Source of the DNA: Eledone cirrhosa
Taxonomy: Eukaryota
Direction: 5' to 3'
NCBI GenBank assembly: GCA_964016885.1
Contig: OZ024740.1
Span: forward strand, 415,338,001-415,402,000
Length of the DNA stretch: 64,000 bases
The notes beneath the pieces were generated by a model. It had not been told where the DNA came from. It did no database searches and worked only from the letters and a program-made list of their open reading frames with translations. Of the stretch, positions 53,271 through 64,000 are shown piece after piece; positions within the stretch are counted from its first letter, which is position 1; each line of letters starts with the position of its first letter. Position numbers and translations under genes: made by a program.

Positions 53271-54165
53271 GGGTAGTGGAGTGGCAGTATCAGTAGAGCA
53301 TTGGACAACATGCTTTGTGGCATATAGTTACGGCCTTTTACGTTCTCAGTTCAAATCTCGCCGAGGTTAGCTCTCCCTTTCATCCTTACTGGGTTCGATA
53401 AAATAAAGTACCAGTCACACACTGGGGTCGATTTAATCTACTTTCATCTCCCCCAAAATTGTTGGCTTTGTGCCTAAATCGGAAACCATTATTTTGTGGT
53501 GAATTGGCAGTATCGGTAGAGGGTTGGACGCCATACTTTCTAGCATAGTTACGTCCCTTTATAGTCTGAGTTAAAATCCCGCCGAGGTTAACTTTGCCTT
53601 TCATCCTTACGGGGTCGATAAAATAAAGTACCAGTAATGTACTGGGTAATTGCTGGCCTTGTGTCTAAAGTAGAAACAATTATTTTGTGTAGACAACCTA
53701 CCTGAAACTTGTATTGTTCTCACTTCATGTTTGTACCATCTAATTAGTCTACCTTTGTTCAGAAGTTTATGTCACCCCACATATTTTGTTGTGTGTGTGT
53801 GTGACAGGATAATTATGTTTCTGTTCATGTGTTGAAAGAAAACAGGTACTAGATCTTCTGGTAAAAGATACCTGGGAAAGATGAATATCCCATTCAGATA
53901 GAAGTTGTCTCCGCCTCCTCTTCCTCCTCATTCTCTCTCCATCATCATCATTATTATTATTATTGTTATTGGTGGATTGGCAGTATCGGTAGAGGGTCGG
54001 ACGCCATGCTTTGCAGCAAAGACTTAGGGCCCTTTATGGTCTGAGTTCAAATACCGCCGAGGTTAACTTTGGCTTTCATCCTTATGGAGTCGATATAAAA
54101 TAAAGTACCAGTAATGTACTGGGATAATTGCTGGCCTTGTACCAAAAGTAGAAACAATTATTATT
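53271..54165 (+). mobile_element. Three tRNA-derived SINE copies (about 53271-53490, 53496-53685 and 53970-54165)
   Basis: A/B boxes and the same body as 2291; (TTA)n tail on the last copy. Confidence 0.82.
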
Positions 54166-55302
54166 ATTATTATTATTGTTTAACGTCCATTTTCCATGCT
54201 TGCATGGGTTAGATGACTTGTCACGTTATGAGACATTTCAGACCACATTCTTGCTCATACGGATATTTATTTAGGTTTGGTTCTACAGCTGGATGTCCTT
54301 CCTAACGCCAACCACATACAGTGTGTCTCACATCTTAATTCTGCAGAGACCAGAATAAAGCTTCATTTCTGTGAGCCTATGTGGTTTGTGTCATAACTCA
54401 TTAGAATAAATACCCAGCTAATGTTGAGGCCCTTCTAGGCTCTTCTAGTTTAAAAGATTAGGATAATTAGATAAGGTTTGTTCTATTGATTGGTTAATCT
54501 TTTAGTTTGAAGTCTTTAAAGTTAGAATATGGATGATCAGAGATGAATTTTTAAATGAGTGCAGCTCTAGAGCAAAGGTTCTCAACCCATTTCGGCCAAA
54601 CGCCCCCTTTTGACCCTCAAAATCATAAAACGCCCCCTACCCTGTTTTTCCATTTTACAATATACTACTGATTTTGATATCAGTAGATTACTGTGCCAAA
54701 TCAAGTTATGTTAGAATCTTTAAAAAAATCTTTAAAAAATACTCGTACAAATTAAATACAAAAAATTTTCAGTCCAAAACAAAAGCAAGCTATTTCAAAT
54801 TATATATTTTTGAAAAATAGATGTGAATGTTCTCAAAGATTTGATCTCAGTCGAAAAAGCTTTTTTTTAAATTCTATATTTCACTGTTTGCTGTTGTAAT
54901 ATTTTGAGTGGATAGACAATTCTACAATTCAAACTGTAAACTCAAAATACAAAAGATGCAAAATATGAAGAATTTCTTACCTTTCTCTGAAATCACAAAC
55001 TCAGGGGAAAAATAATACCTTGCAAAATAAAGTGTCTCAATCACAAACTTAGTTGCAACAAATGAATTGAGATGCTTAGTGACTGAGCAAACAATATCTG
55101 TATCCATTATATATATATATATATTATATATATACATAGATAGATACACAGACACACACACAAACAAACTTGTGTGTGTCTGTGTGTGCCTTGTTTTTGG
55201 TACAGAAAGAATTTTGTCTCCAGTTTTTATTGCCGGGTCAAAGGCCATTGCTCTTTTCAACAACGTCAAATAACAATGCCATATATATATATATATATAT
55301 AT

Positions 55303-56994
55303 ATGAAAGTAACAGAAAGAGTTATAGCACAGTTGATTAGGGACCGGGTGAAAATAGACGAGATGCAATTTGGGTTTGTACCAGGAAGAGGCACCACTGA
55401 TGCCCTCTTCCTTGTGAGGCAATTACAGGAAAAGTACCTAGCTAAAAGTAAGCCACTCTACTTGGCATTTGTTGACCTTGAGAAAGCCTTTGACAGAGTT
55501 CCACGTGCTGTAATCTGGTGGGCTCTTAGAAAACTAGGAGTAGACGAATGGCTTGTGAAAGCGGTACAAGCCATGTATAGGTGAGCAGTCAGCAAAGTTA
55601 GGATTAGCAATGAGTATAGCGAGGAATTTAGCATACAGGTCGGGGTCTACCAGGGCTCAGTTCTTAGCCCCCTCCTGTTCATCATAGTCCTGCAGGCAAT
55701 AACAGAGGAGTTTAAGACCGGATGCCCATGGGAACTCCTGTATGCTGATGATCTCGCACTCATAGCTGAATCTTGGTAGAACTAGAGAAGAAATTCCAAA
55801 CTTGGAAGCAGGGACTAGAAAGAAAGGGTCTCAAAGTCAACATGACAAAGACTAAGGTCCTTGTAAGTAGACGAGAAAACAGAACCCAGATCCCCTCAGG
55901 GAAATGGCCTTGCTCAGTATGTAGGAAAGGTGTAGGTAGGAACTCCATTCTCTGCCCCAAATGCAAACAATGGGTACACAAGAGATGTAGCGGGATCTCA
56001 GGAAGCTTAATTAAGAATGTAGGCTTCACATGCAGCAGCTGTGCTGAGACAGCAAGCAGCAAACAGCCACAGGAAACAAGTACCACCAATCTCTGGGAGG
56101 GCTCTGTAGAAACAGTAGACAGCTTCTGCTACCTAGGTGACCGAATTAGCAGCGGAGGTGGGTGTTCAGAAAGTACAATAACTAGGGTAAGAACGGGATG
56201 GAAGAAGTTTAGGGAACTACTACCACTGCTAGCTGCAAAAGGCTTCTCCCTCAGAATGAAAGGCAGACTGTATGATGCGTGTATCCGAACAGCAATGTTG
56301 CATGGTAGTGAGACCTGGGCGCTGAAGGTGGAAGACTTACGTAGATTAGAGAGAAACGAAGCCTGCATGCTCCGATGGATGTGTAACAGTAATATACGTG
56401 AACGACAAAGCATAAATGAATTGAGAGAGAGACTGAGCATAAGAGTTATCAAATGCTGTGTGCAGGAGAGCCGGTTGCGCTGGTATGGACATATGATGCG
56501 TATGAAGGATGACAGCTGCATAAAAAGTTGCAGAGCACTAGAAGTTGATGGAAACCGCGGAGTGGGGAGACCCAAGATGACCTGGGATGAGGTGATAAAA
56601 GCCGACCTTACCCAATTACTCCTCTCAAAGGCAATGACACACGACCGTGACTTCTGGATTCACGCAGTAATACAGAGTACCCGACCCCCCATGAATACAA
56701 GCTGAAGCATATAGACAATATGCCCCCACACCCCCCACCGCAAGGTGGCCGTGGAGGTGCCACGGCAAAAAAGCACCCAGCCCACACTGTAAAGTGGACG
56801 TGTAGGCGCCACGAAAAAGCACCCAGCACTCACTGTAAATGAGGTTGGTGTTAGGAAGGGCATCCAGCTGTAGAAATCAAGCCAAATCAGTTCCTGTATG
56901 AGCAACGCATGATCAGCCGACCAGACACTGCCCACAACAGGACAACCCGTCTAACCCATGCTAGCGTGGAAGAACGGACGTAAAACGGTGATGA

Positions 56995-56998
<4 letters not shown>
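55303..56998 (+). mobile_element. 5'-truncated RTE sister family (copy G), disrupted
   Basis: MKVTERVIAQLIR...YADD...PHD-type finger...WYGHMMR; stop at 55582; (TA)n on both flanks. Confidence 0.93.
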
Positions 56999-57043
<45 letters not shown>

Positions 57044-57121
57044 TAGGGAGAGACAGAGAGGGTAAGAAATGTGTGTGTGTGTGTGTGTTTAGTACACGTC
57101 TATCTCTATCTATCTCTCCAA

Positions 57122-57500
57122 CAGGGGACTCAAACATGCGACCCGCCAACTACCTTTCTATGGCCCGTGGTAGAACCAATATTTCAGATTCCATTATAAC
57201 TGGTGAAAATAAGGCGGTGTGTTGGTGGAATCGTTAGCACATCTGGCGAAATGCTTAGCGGTACTTCTCCCATTTTTATGTTCCGAGTTCAAATTCCACC
57301 GATCTCAACTTTGCCTTTCATCCTTTTGGGGTCGATAAATTAAGTAGCAGTTGTGAACTGGGATCAATGTAATCGACGGGACCCTAAACCCTAAATTCCA
57401 TGCCTTGTGCCTATAGTAGAAATGATTATATCACGTTTGGCCCAGTGCCTCTCCTCCAGGACGTAATGGCCCCTTTACGTCCTTGAGTTTGAGACCCCTC
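57122..57500. mobile_element. hAT-like MITE with a nested tRNA-SINE (about 57212-57430)
   Basis: Ends CAGGGGACTCAAAC/GTTTGAGACCCCTC; TSD not clear. Confidence 0.55.
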
Positions 57501-57504
57501 TTCT

Positions 57505-57542
<38 letters not shown>

Positions 57543-57552
57543 TTTCTGTCTC

Positions 57553-57890
57553 TGGAGGCACATGGCTTAGTGGTTAGAGCATTGGCCTTGCAATCGAAAG
57601 GTTGTGAGTTCAATTCTCAGACTGGGTGATGTGTTGTTTCCTTGAGCAAGGCACTTTATTTCACATTGCTCCAGTTTACTCAGCTGTAGAAATGAGATGA
57701 TAGGGACTGGGGTCCCTATCATTCCACTGTAAAGTGGTCGTGGAGGTGCCACGGCAAAAAAGCACCCAGCACTCACTGTAAATGAGGTTGGTGTTAGGAA
57801 GGGCATCCAGCTGTAGAAATCAAGCCAGCATCAGTTCCCATCCCACCCTTGCAAGCAGGGAAAAAGCGGATGTAAAATGAAATGATAAAA
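57553..57890 (+). mobile_element. tRNA-headed SINE with CORE-like middle and RTE-derived tail
   Basis: TGGCTTAGTGG A box, GAGTTCAATTC B box, ccttgagcaaggcacttt core, and the ggttggtgttaggaagggcatccagctgtagaaa tail shared with RTE. Confidence 0.8.
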
Positions 57891-58135
57891 TGAAATGATG
57901 ATACGCCCATGCTGGAGCATCACCTTGGTAAGTTATGGGGACGTCAACAAACCAACAAGCATTGGTGGGAGGGCAAACACAAATGCAAAGACACACACAG
58001 ATATATATACATATATAGACGTGCTTCTTTTTGTTTCAGTCTATCAAATCCACTCACAGGGCTTTGGTCGGCCTGGGCAGTGGGACTGAACCCGGAAACA
58101 TGTGGTTGGGAAGCAAGCTTCTTGTCACACTACGC

Positions 58136-58167
<32 letters not shown>

Positions 58168-59128
58168 TATCAAGTTAACAATGAAAATAAAAAGAACAAA
58201 GTCAAGTTACTTTATAACTTTGTTTTTATTTTGTTTTTTTTAATTTTTATTGTTAATTTAATACCTAATATCTGACTCTGTATCTAAAGAATTAATTCAG
58301 CGAAACAAAACTTCTCTATGGATTTTACAAGATTACATTGAGTCCTATCTATGGTACGGACCCTACCACCAGAGGTAGACCAGACTGAAAGAAGAAAATA
58401 TATATATATATATGTGTGTGTGTGTGTATAATATATATATAAATCTACATACATACATATATACATACACCATTTACTTATGTGTATAGCTATGCATTTA
58501 TACATTTGTATATATACATGCATTTATATTTATGTGTGTAAGGATGTTGACATGATTTATGGGGGGTTTTTTTGGTAAGAAGAGAATTTTGACTCCAGAT
58601 TTTATTACCTAGGGAGATTAAATACCACAGCTCTGGCTGAAAGCTGACCAGGTTCTCAACCTCATCAAACACCAATGCCGGCCTGTGTGTGTATGTATGC
58701 ATGTGTGTGTATGATTGTATGTATGTATATGTATACACCCACATCTTTCATCACCATATTGCTTCTTTTTCTTGTCATTTCTGTTGTTCTTGTAACTGTT
58801 GTCATAGTTGATGTTGTCCTTATTTTCATCTTTTTTGATTTCTTTCGTTTTTCTTTTATCTCCCTAGGGAATTCGTTGACAAGCTTCTTTTATTTATTTT
58901 CTTCGTTTTCTTCATTCAAATGCATTCACACTGGCTGTCTCGGAGACGTACAAATATGGCTTATAAAACTTACTAAAGTAAATAGCCTAGTGCCCCCAAA
59001 AGCTTCAAACGCCCCCCCCCCCCCCCCCCTGAGGCTCTGAAACGTCCCCCGTTGAGAACCTTTGCTCTAGAGTAAACAGAATGAATAATGTGTTTCAAAT
59101 AGATTTAAATGAGTGGGTTATATAGCTG

Positions 59129-59416
59129 GGTAACTCGGAGAGTCACTCCACGTAGAGCCTCTACTTCTCCGAATTGAGAGATCACAGCTCCGATACTATG
59201 GAAATGTGGTTAGAATGTCTCAAGAAAGAATCACTGGGCAGATTTTATGGGCAAAACCAACCAGCAAGATGGTTGGATAACATCCATGAGCTTGGCTGGT
59301 CTCGCTTAGGGATCCAGTTGGAGACAGTTGCTTCTGACAGGACCCACTGGAAGGAGTGTTTGAGGACTCTGCCCCAACGACTCTCCCAAGATTAAGTGGG
59401 CAAAGAAGAAGAAGAA
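59129..59416 (+). mobile_element. Short 3' fragment of a different RTE-like LINE with a (GAA)n tail
   Basis: 14-bp TSD GGGTTATATAGCTG at 59115 and 59417; LRYYGNVVR and RWLDNI motifs; related pieces at about 2070-2170 and 6775-6845. Confidence 0.7.
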
Positions 59417-59609
59417 GGGTTATATAGCTGTTACATTTGTATGGTTGAAGAGAGGAGTGTAAAACTTGACAATGGTCCTGTGGTTGGTGAGCTTTAGTGA
59501 GTTTAAGTCAGTCTCAGGTTAAAACAACAAACTAATCATTATAAAATGTGAATCAACAAAACATTATTTTCTGTTCTCATTTCTAATCTTTTACTGTTCT
59601 CTATTACAG

Positions 59610-59729
59610 GAATCACGTAGCGATGTGTTTCAAGAAATAACCCTCTCTTTACCCGTAACTGATAAACTCCTTAATTTTTTGAGGCAAGAATCCCAATCTA
59701 TTGGAATGAGAATTTGTCTCTCACCATAA
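59610..59729 (+). CDS. NAT9: NAT9-like terminal coding exon
   Basis: ttacAG acceptor; ESRSDVFQEITLSLPVTDKLLNFLRQESQSIGMRICLSP-TAA, cf. NAT9 SSVFQEVTLRL; phase 0 fits the previous exon. Confidence 0.9.
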   Translation, partial: ESRSDVFQEITLSLPVTDKLLNFLRQESQSIGMRICLSP

Positions 59730-59851
59730 ATACTGTGAGTTTAAGAGAGTAAATATACCGGACAATTTTTCCTCCTTGCCAAACTTCAATTTCTGGTTGA
59801 AGCTATTCCATTTCACTTATATTGTTAATGCTGTTCAGAAAGACATTGTAA

Positions 59852-59857
59852 AATAAA
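59852..59857 (+). promoter_or_regulatory. Candidate polyadenylation signal of the NAT9-like gene
   Basis: AATAAA about 120 bp after the stop codon, followed by T-rich sequence. Confidence 0.5.
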
Positions 59858-60744
59858 CATTGTATATTTTCATTTCTCTGCTTTTATAAATCTGACTTGT
59901 ACTTACATAAGAAATCAATTAATCTATTATTGAACATGAGTTGAGTCTCCATACTCTTTGCTATGTCTTCTTCCAGAAGTTTAACTTCTGGTAATGAAAT
60001 TTATGATTTATTAACTGTTCCATCCATAAAATATCATATTGATACTTTGCTAAACAAGATAATCATCACCATTTAACGTCTGTTTTTCCAGACTAGCATG
60101 AGTTAGATGAGTTGTCCCATTGTGAACCAAGCCAGATCATATGACTGTGTCTTGCTCATACTGGACTGATTTTGGCTTGGTTTCTATGGCTAGATGCCCT
60201 TCTTAACACCAACTGCATTTACAGAGTGGACTGGGTGTTTTACACAAGATAATGTAAAAAAGAAATAAAACACAAAAAGAGGAAAAGAAACATTCCACAT
60301 ATAAAGTTGCATTAAACTATTGCAGTGTTGTTGTTTCTTTTCACCTATCCTCTGTTGATGCAGAATGTATTTTATCAAAACAGTGTGTCAGTATAAATCA
60401 AGATATTTTGGGGTGAGAATGGGGAAAGTATACTTTCATTAAAACTGAACAGAAAGGGAAATGGAAACGTTACTATAAGAGATTGTTGAATCATAAGAAT
60501 ATGTTGGGGAAAGAGGGTCTACCTCAAATTAGACCCAACCAGTTTAGTTTTTGAAATAGACAGTTAAATGGTTGGAAGTGCAATTAAGGATTTGACAGCA
60601 TGGAAAGCAGCCGGATAGTTGCTGTAGCTCTTAAAACATCTGGCAAAGTAGGACACATGCTAGTCAGTGGTATAATTAATCAGGTAGTACAGAGAGGTGT
60701 CATTCCCAATTATTATATAATTCTGTGCCACACAAAAGGCTTAT

Positions 60745-61938
60745 GGCAAAACTCTCTGCAATGGGTGTGAAGGATGATCTTTTTAACTGGTTGAAGTCCT
60801 TCATTCTCAGTTGAAGAGAGGTAGTCACGGTTCTGGGACAGCATTCCTCACCATATGAGATGTCATCTGGTGTACCACAGGGATCTGTTCTTGGCCCCTT
60901 TTGTTTGTGGCATATATTAATGACATAGATGCCGACTTAAAGAATGCCACAGTACTAAAGTACGCAGATGACATCAAGCTGTACCTTGAGATAAAAAGGA
61001 CAGATCCTGAACACTATAGATCTTGCTTGCAGTCTGACCTCAACACAATGCAACAATGGATCTCAGACTAGCAACTCAAGCTAGCTGTGGACAAGTGCAC
61101 CACCATGCATTTTGGGAGTAAAAACCCAGCGTCCACATACTCCCTCCACAGCACTAATATCAAGAAGTCTTCTTGTGAACGTGACCTGGGCATTACGGTC
61201 AGCAGCGATTTGCGTTGGACAAAGCACGTCTCTAAAATTGTCAAGAGGGCCGAGGGTGTCTTAGCATCACTCAGCAAGACCTTTGTCAGCTGCTCTCCAG
61301 ATATCTATTTAAGGCTGTACATGGCTATGGTGCGGCCACACTTAGAATTTGCATCACCAGTCTGGAACCCCTATCTTGCTCAGAACATTGACCGCCTGGA
61401 AACTATTCAGAGATGTGCAACCAAGCGAATACCCTCCATCAGGCAACTACCATACTCTGAACGCCTTGCTTCCCTGGGAATGGATACATTGAAGCTCCGA
61501 CGCCTGGCAACTGACTTGGTAAACACCCACAAAATTATTAACCATCTTGCCAACAACAACCCTGAGTACCTTTTTGATTTCCATGTGTCTAACACACGTG
61601 GGCATGCCCACAAAGTCAGAAAACAGTACAGTTCCCATGACTTTCGGAAACATTTTTTCACGCTCAGAGTTGCTGAAGCATGGAACAAACTCCCTGCATC
61701 AGTTGTTAGCTGTCGAGACACTGCATCCTTTAAAACCTCCATGCTTCCCGAGATTCGCCAACACTACACCTAATGTTCCCCCTCCATACACATACATGCA
61801 TGTATATCATGACTCATACACTATTCACTTCCCTGACATTTGTGTATTATTCTATGTACTATACATGCATCTTTGACGAGTTGTAGTGCACCTGAGCACT
61901 TTACACAATAATTTCATTATTATTATTATTATTATTAT
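60745..61938 (+). mobile_element. 5'-truncated CR1-like LINE, same family as 4190-5265
   Basis: GVPQGSVLG, YADD, 228-aa ORF 61087-61773, (ATT)n tail. Confidence 0.9.
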
Positions 61939-61939
61939 T

Positions 61940-62695
61940 GGCATTAATTGCTACAAGGGCAAAAGAACTGTTCTAGAAAGAAACAGCTAAAGAGGCATCA
62001 AATTGATGGATCTAGTTATGAAAGTAACAGATAGAGTTATACACAACTAATAAAGGATAGAATTAAGTGTGCAAGTAGGTCTTCTTCAGGTCTTAATTCT
62101 CACCAAAGCCATCCTGTTATAGTTCTCCAGGCTATAACAGAAGAGTTTATGACTGACTGTCTGTGGGAATCAAAAGAGTTCCAAATATAGAAGCAATGTC
62201 TAGAACCAAGATGCTTTAAATGAAAATTTGTAGACAAACGTTTTAGTTAACAAAATTGGACTCTACTGCCATTTGGAGAGTGGCTTTACTCAATATACTA
62301 AAGATGTATATAAGCACTATGTACCCCATACTATGTACTAAATGTAAACTATATGATGCAATAGGATCATAAAGAGGTCGACAGGAGAAAACTTCATATG
62401 TAGCAGATTCACAGAAGTAGTTAATAAATTCTTTCAAATATTTGGAAGGGAAGTAGTTGATGGCTCCTATTACCTAGATGATCTAATAAACAGTGGAATC
62501 AGGTGCTCCAAAATCATAGTAGCAGTAGCCAGAGGTGGAAAAAGTTCAGGGAGTTATTACGTTTGCTGACAACAAGGGGGTTCCCTTTTCAAGTGAAGGG
62601 CAGATTGTATGAAGTGCAATGTTACATGGTATCGAAACATCAACATTGAATGCAGAGTATGTACACAAGCTGGAAAGAAATGCAGTAAACATATA
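61940..62695 (+). mobile_element. Old, degraded RTE fragment (upstream part probably at about 60430-60720, split by the CR1)
   Basis: Remnants INCYKG, GIKLMDLVMKVTDRVI, tggaaaaagttcagggag, gaagggcagattgtatga. Confidence 0.65.
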
Positions 62696-63169
62696 CCACC
62701 GCTGCTGCTAGCACCACGATCACCACCACCACTATCATCATCATCATGTTGTTAGAGATTGGTCAGTACTCAAGCAGAGTTTCTGACCTCCAGGTGAGCC
62801 AAGGACCTTACATACAATCCTGTTCTCTATCGAGTGCATTTTATCAGAGCACTAACTCTAGGGAAGGTGTCATGTCTATGGCACACCTGAAGAGTTTTCC
62901 CCAACTCTTTACTTGGCAGGTTTCTATGGTTCCATGCCATCCTTTCTATCACCAACCACTTTACAGTGTAGGGAGTTGCTGTTTATTATAGAGATCACCG
63001 ACGCTAGGGAGGTTGTCATGTCTGTGGTACACTGAAAAGTCCTCTTGACATTTTGTTTCACAAAATTTCTACATCTAGATGTCCTTCCTGTCACCAACTA
63101 CTGTGGGTGAGGGTGCAGTAATATGGAGGATAGGTCGTAATAGGTGAAGGAGACCACATACTGTTAGTG

Positions 63170-64000
63170 TGTATGGACATATGTTGTGTATGGGGGATGA
63201 CAGTGAATCAGATATAGTGTGTAAGAGAGAACACTGGGTATGGACATATGTTGTGTATGGTGGATGACAGTGAATCAGATATAGTGTGTAAGAGAGAACA
63301 CTGTGGGTATGGACATATGTTGTGTATGGGGGATGACAGTGAATCAGATATAGTGTGTAAGAGAGAACACTGTGGGTATGGACATATGTTGTGTATGGTG
63401 GATGACAGTGAATCAGATATAGAGTGTAAGAGAGAACACTGTGGGTATGGACATATGTTGTGTATGGGGGATGACAGTGAATCAGATATAGAATGTAAGA
63501 GAGAGCACTGTGGGTATGGACATATGATGTGTATGGGGGAAGACAGTGAATCAGATATAGTGTGTAAGAGAGAACACTGTGGGTATGGACATATGTTGTG
63601 TATGGGGGATGACAGTGAATCAGATATAGTGTGTAAGAGAGAACACTGTGGGTATGGACATATGTTGTGTATGGGGGATGACAGTTAATCAGATATAGTG
63701 TGTAAGAGAGAACACTGTGGGTATGGACATATGTTGTGTATGGGGGATGACAGTGAATCAGATATAGTGTGTAAGAGAGAACACTGTGGGTATGGACATA
63801 TGATGTGTATGGGGGAAGACAGAGAATCAGATATAGAGTGTAAGAGAGAACACTGTGGGTATGGACATATGTTGTGTATGGGGGAAGACAGTGAATCAGA
63901 TATAGTGTGTAAGAGAGAACACTGTGGCTATGTACATATGATGTGTATGGGGGATGACAGTGAATCAGATATAGTGTGTAAGAGAGAACACTGTGGGTAT
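63170..64000. repeat. 69-bp tandem array (at least 12 units; runs off the window)
   Basis: GGACATATGTTGTGTATGGGGGATGACAGTGAATCAGATATAGTGTGTAAGAGAGAACACTGTGGGTAT. Confidence 0.95.

Larger units (their letters stand above)
54573..59064. mobile_element. hAT (Charlie-type) non-autonomous element containing nested insertions
   Basis: Perfect 14-bp TIR CAAAGGTTCTCAAC/GTTGAGAACCTTTG; perfect 8-bp TSD CTCTAGAG at 54565-54572 and 59065-59072. Confidence 0.85.

Noticed and set aside
63248-63688. Cys/His-rich repeat protein
   Set aside because: Translation of an RTE-derived 69-bp minisatellite; neighbouring units contain stops or indels.

Overview
Eukaryotic, AT-rich, repeat-dominated animal DNA. The SINE and RTE families resemble those I recall from Octopus/coleoid cephalopods; this is an inference, not verified. 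One host gene is present on the + strand: six short GT-AG exons of a NAT9-like GNAT N-acetyltransferase (523 coding bp over about 53 kb), with the first coding exon apparently upstream of the window. None of the long ORFs in the ORF track belongs to this gene. The introns contain many RTE-clade LINE copies with (GAT)n tails and a C4HC3 (PHD-type) finger inside the RT, a CR1-like LINE fragment (a second lies upstream, plus one downstream of the gene counted among the two), tRNA-derived SINEs, a Chapaev-like DNA transposon, hAT, piggyBac and mariner-type non-autonomous elements, and a Penelope GIY-YIG fragment; a Helitron lies upstream of the first visible exon. Tandem arrays have units of 34, 78, 81, 30, 42, 54 and 69 bp. 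The most notable observations are: (1) two inverted RTE copies bracket the 60-bp in-frame exon carrying the acetyl-CoA motif; (2) an 8.3-kb satellite grew out of the end of a TTAA-flanked MITE; (3) the RTE carries a PHD-type finger and prefers TA-rich targets; (4) a SINE-RTE chimera sits inside one TSD. I see no prokaryotic-type system or CRISPR array.
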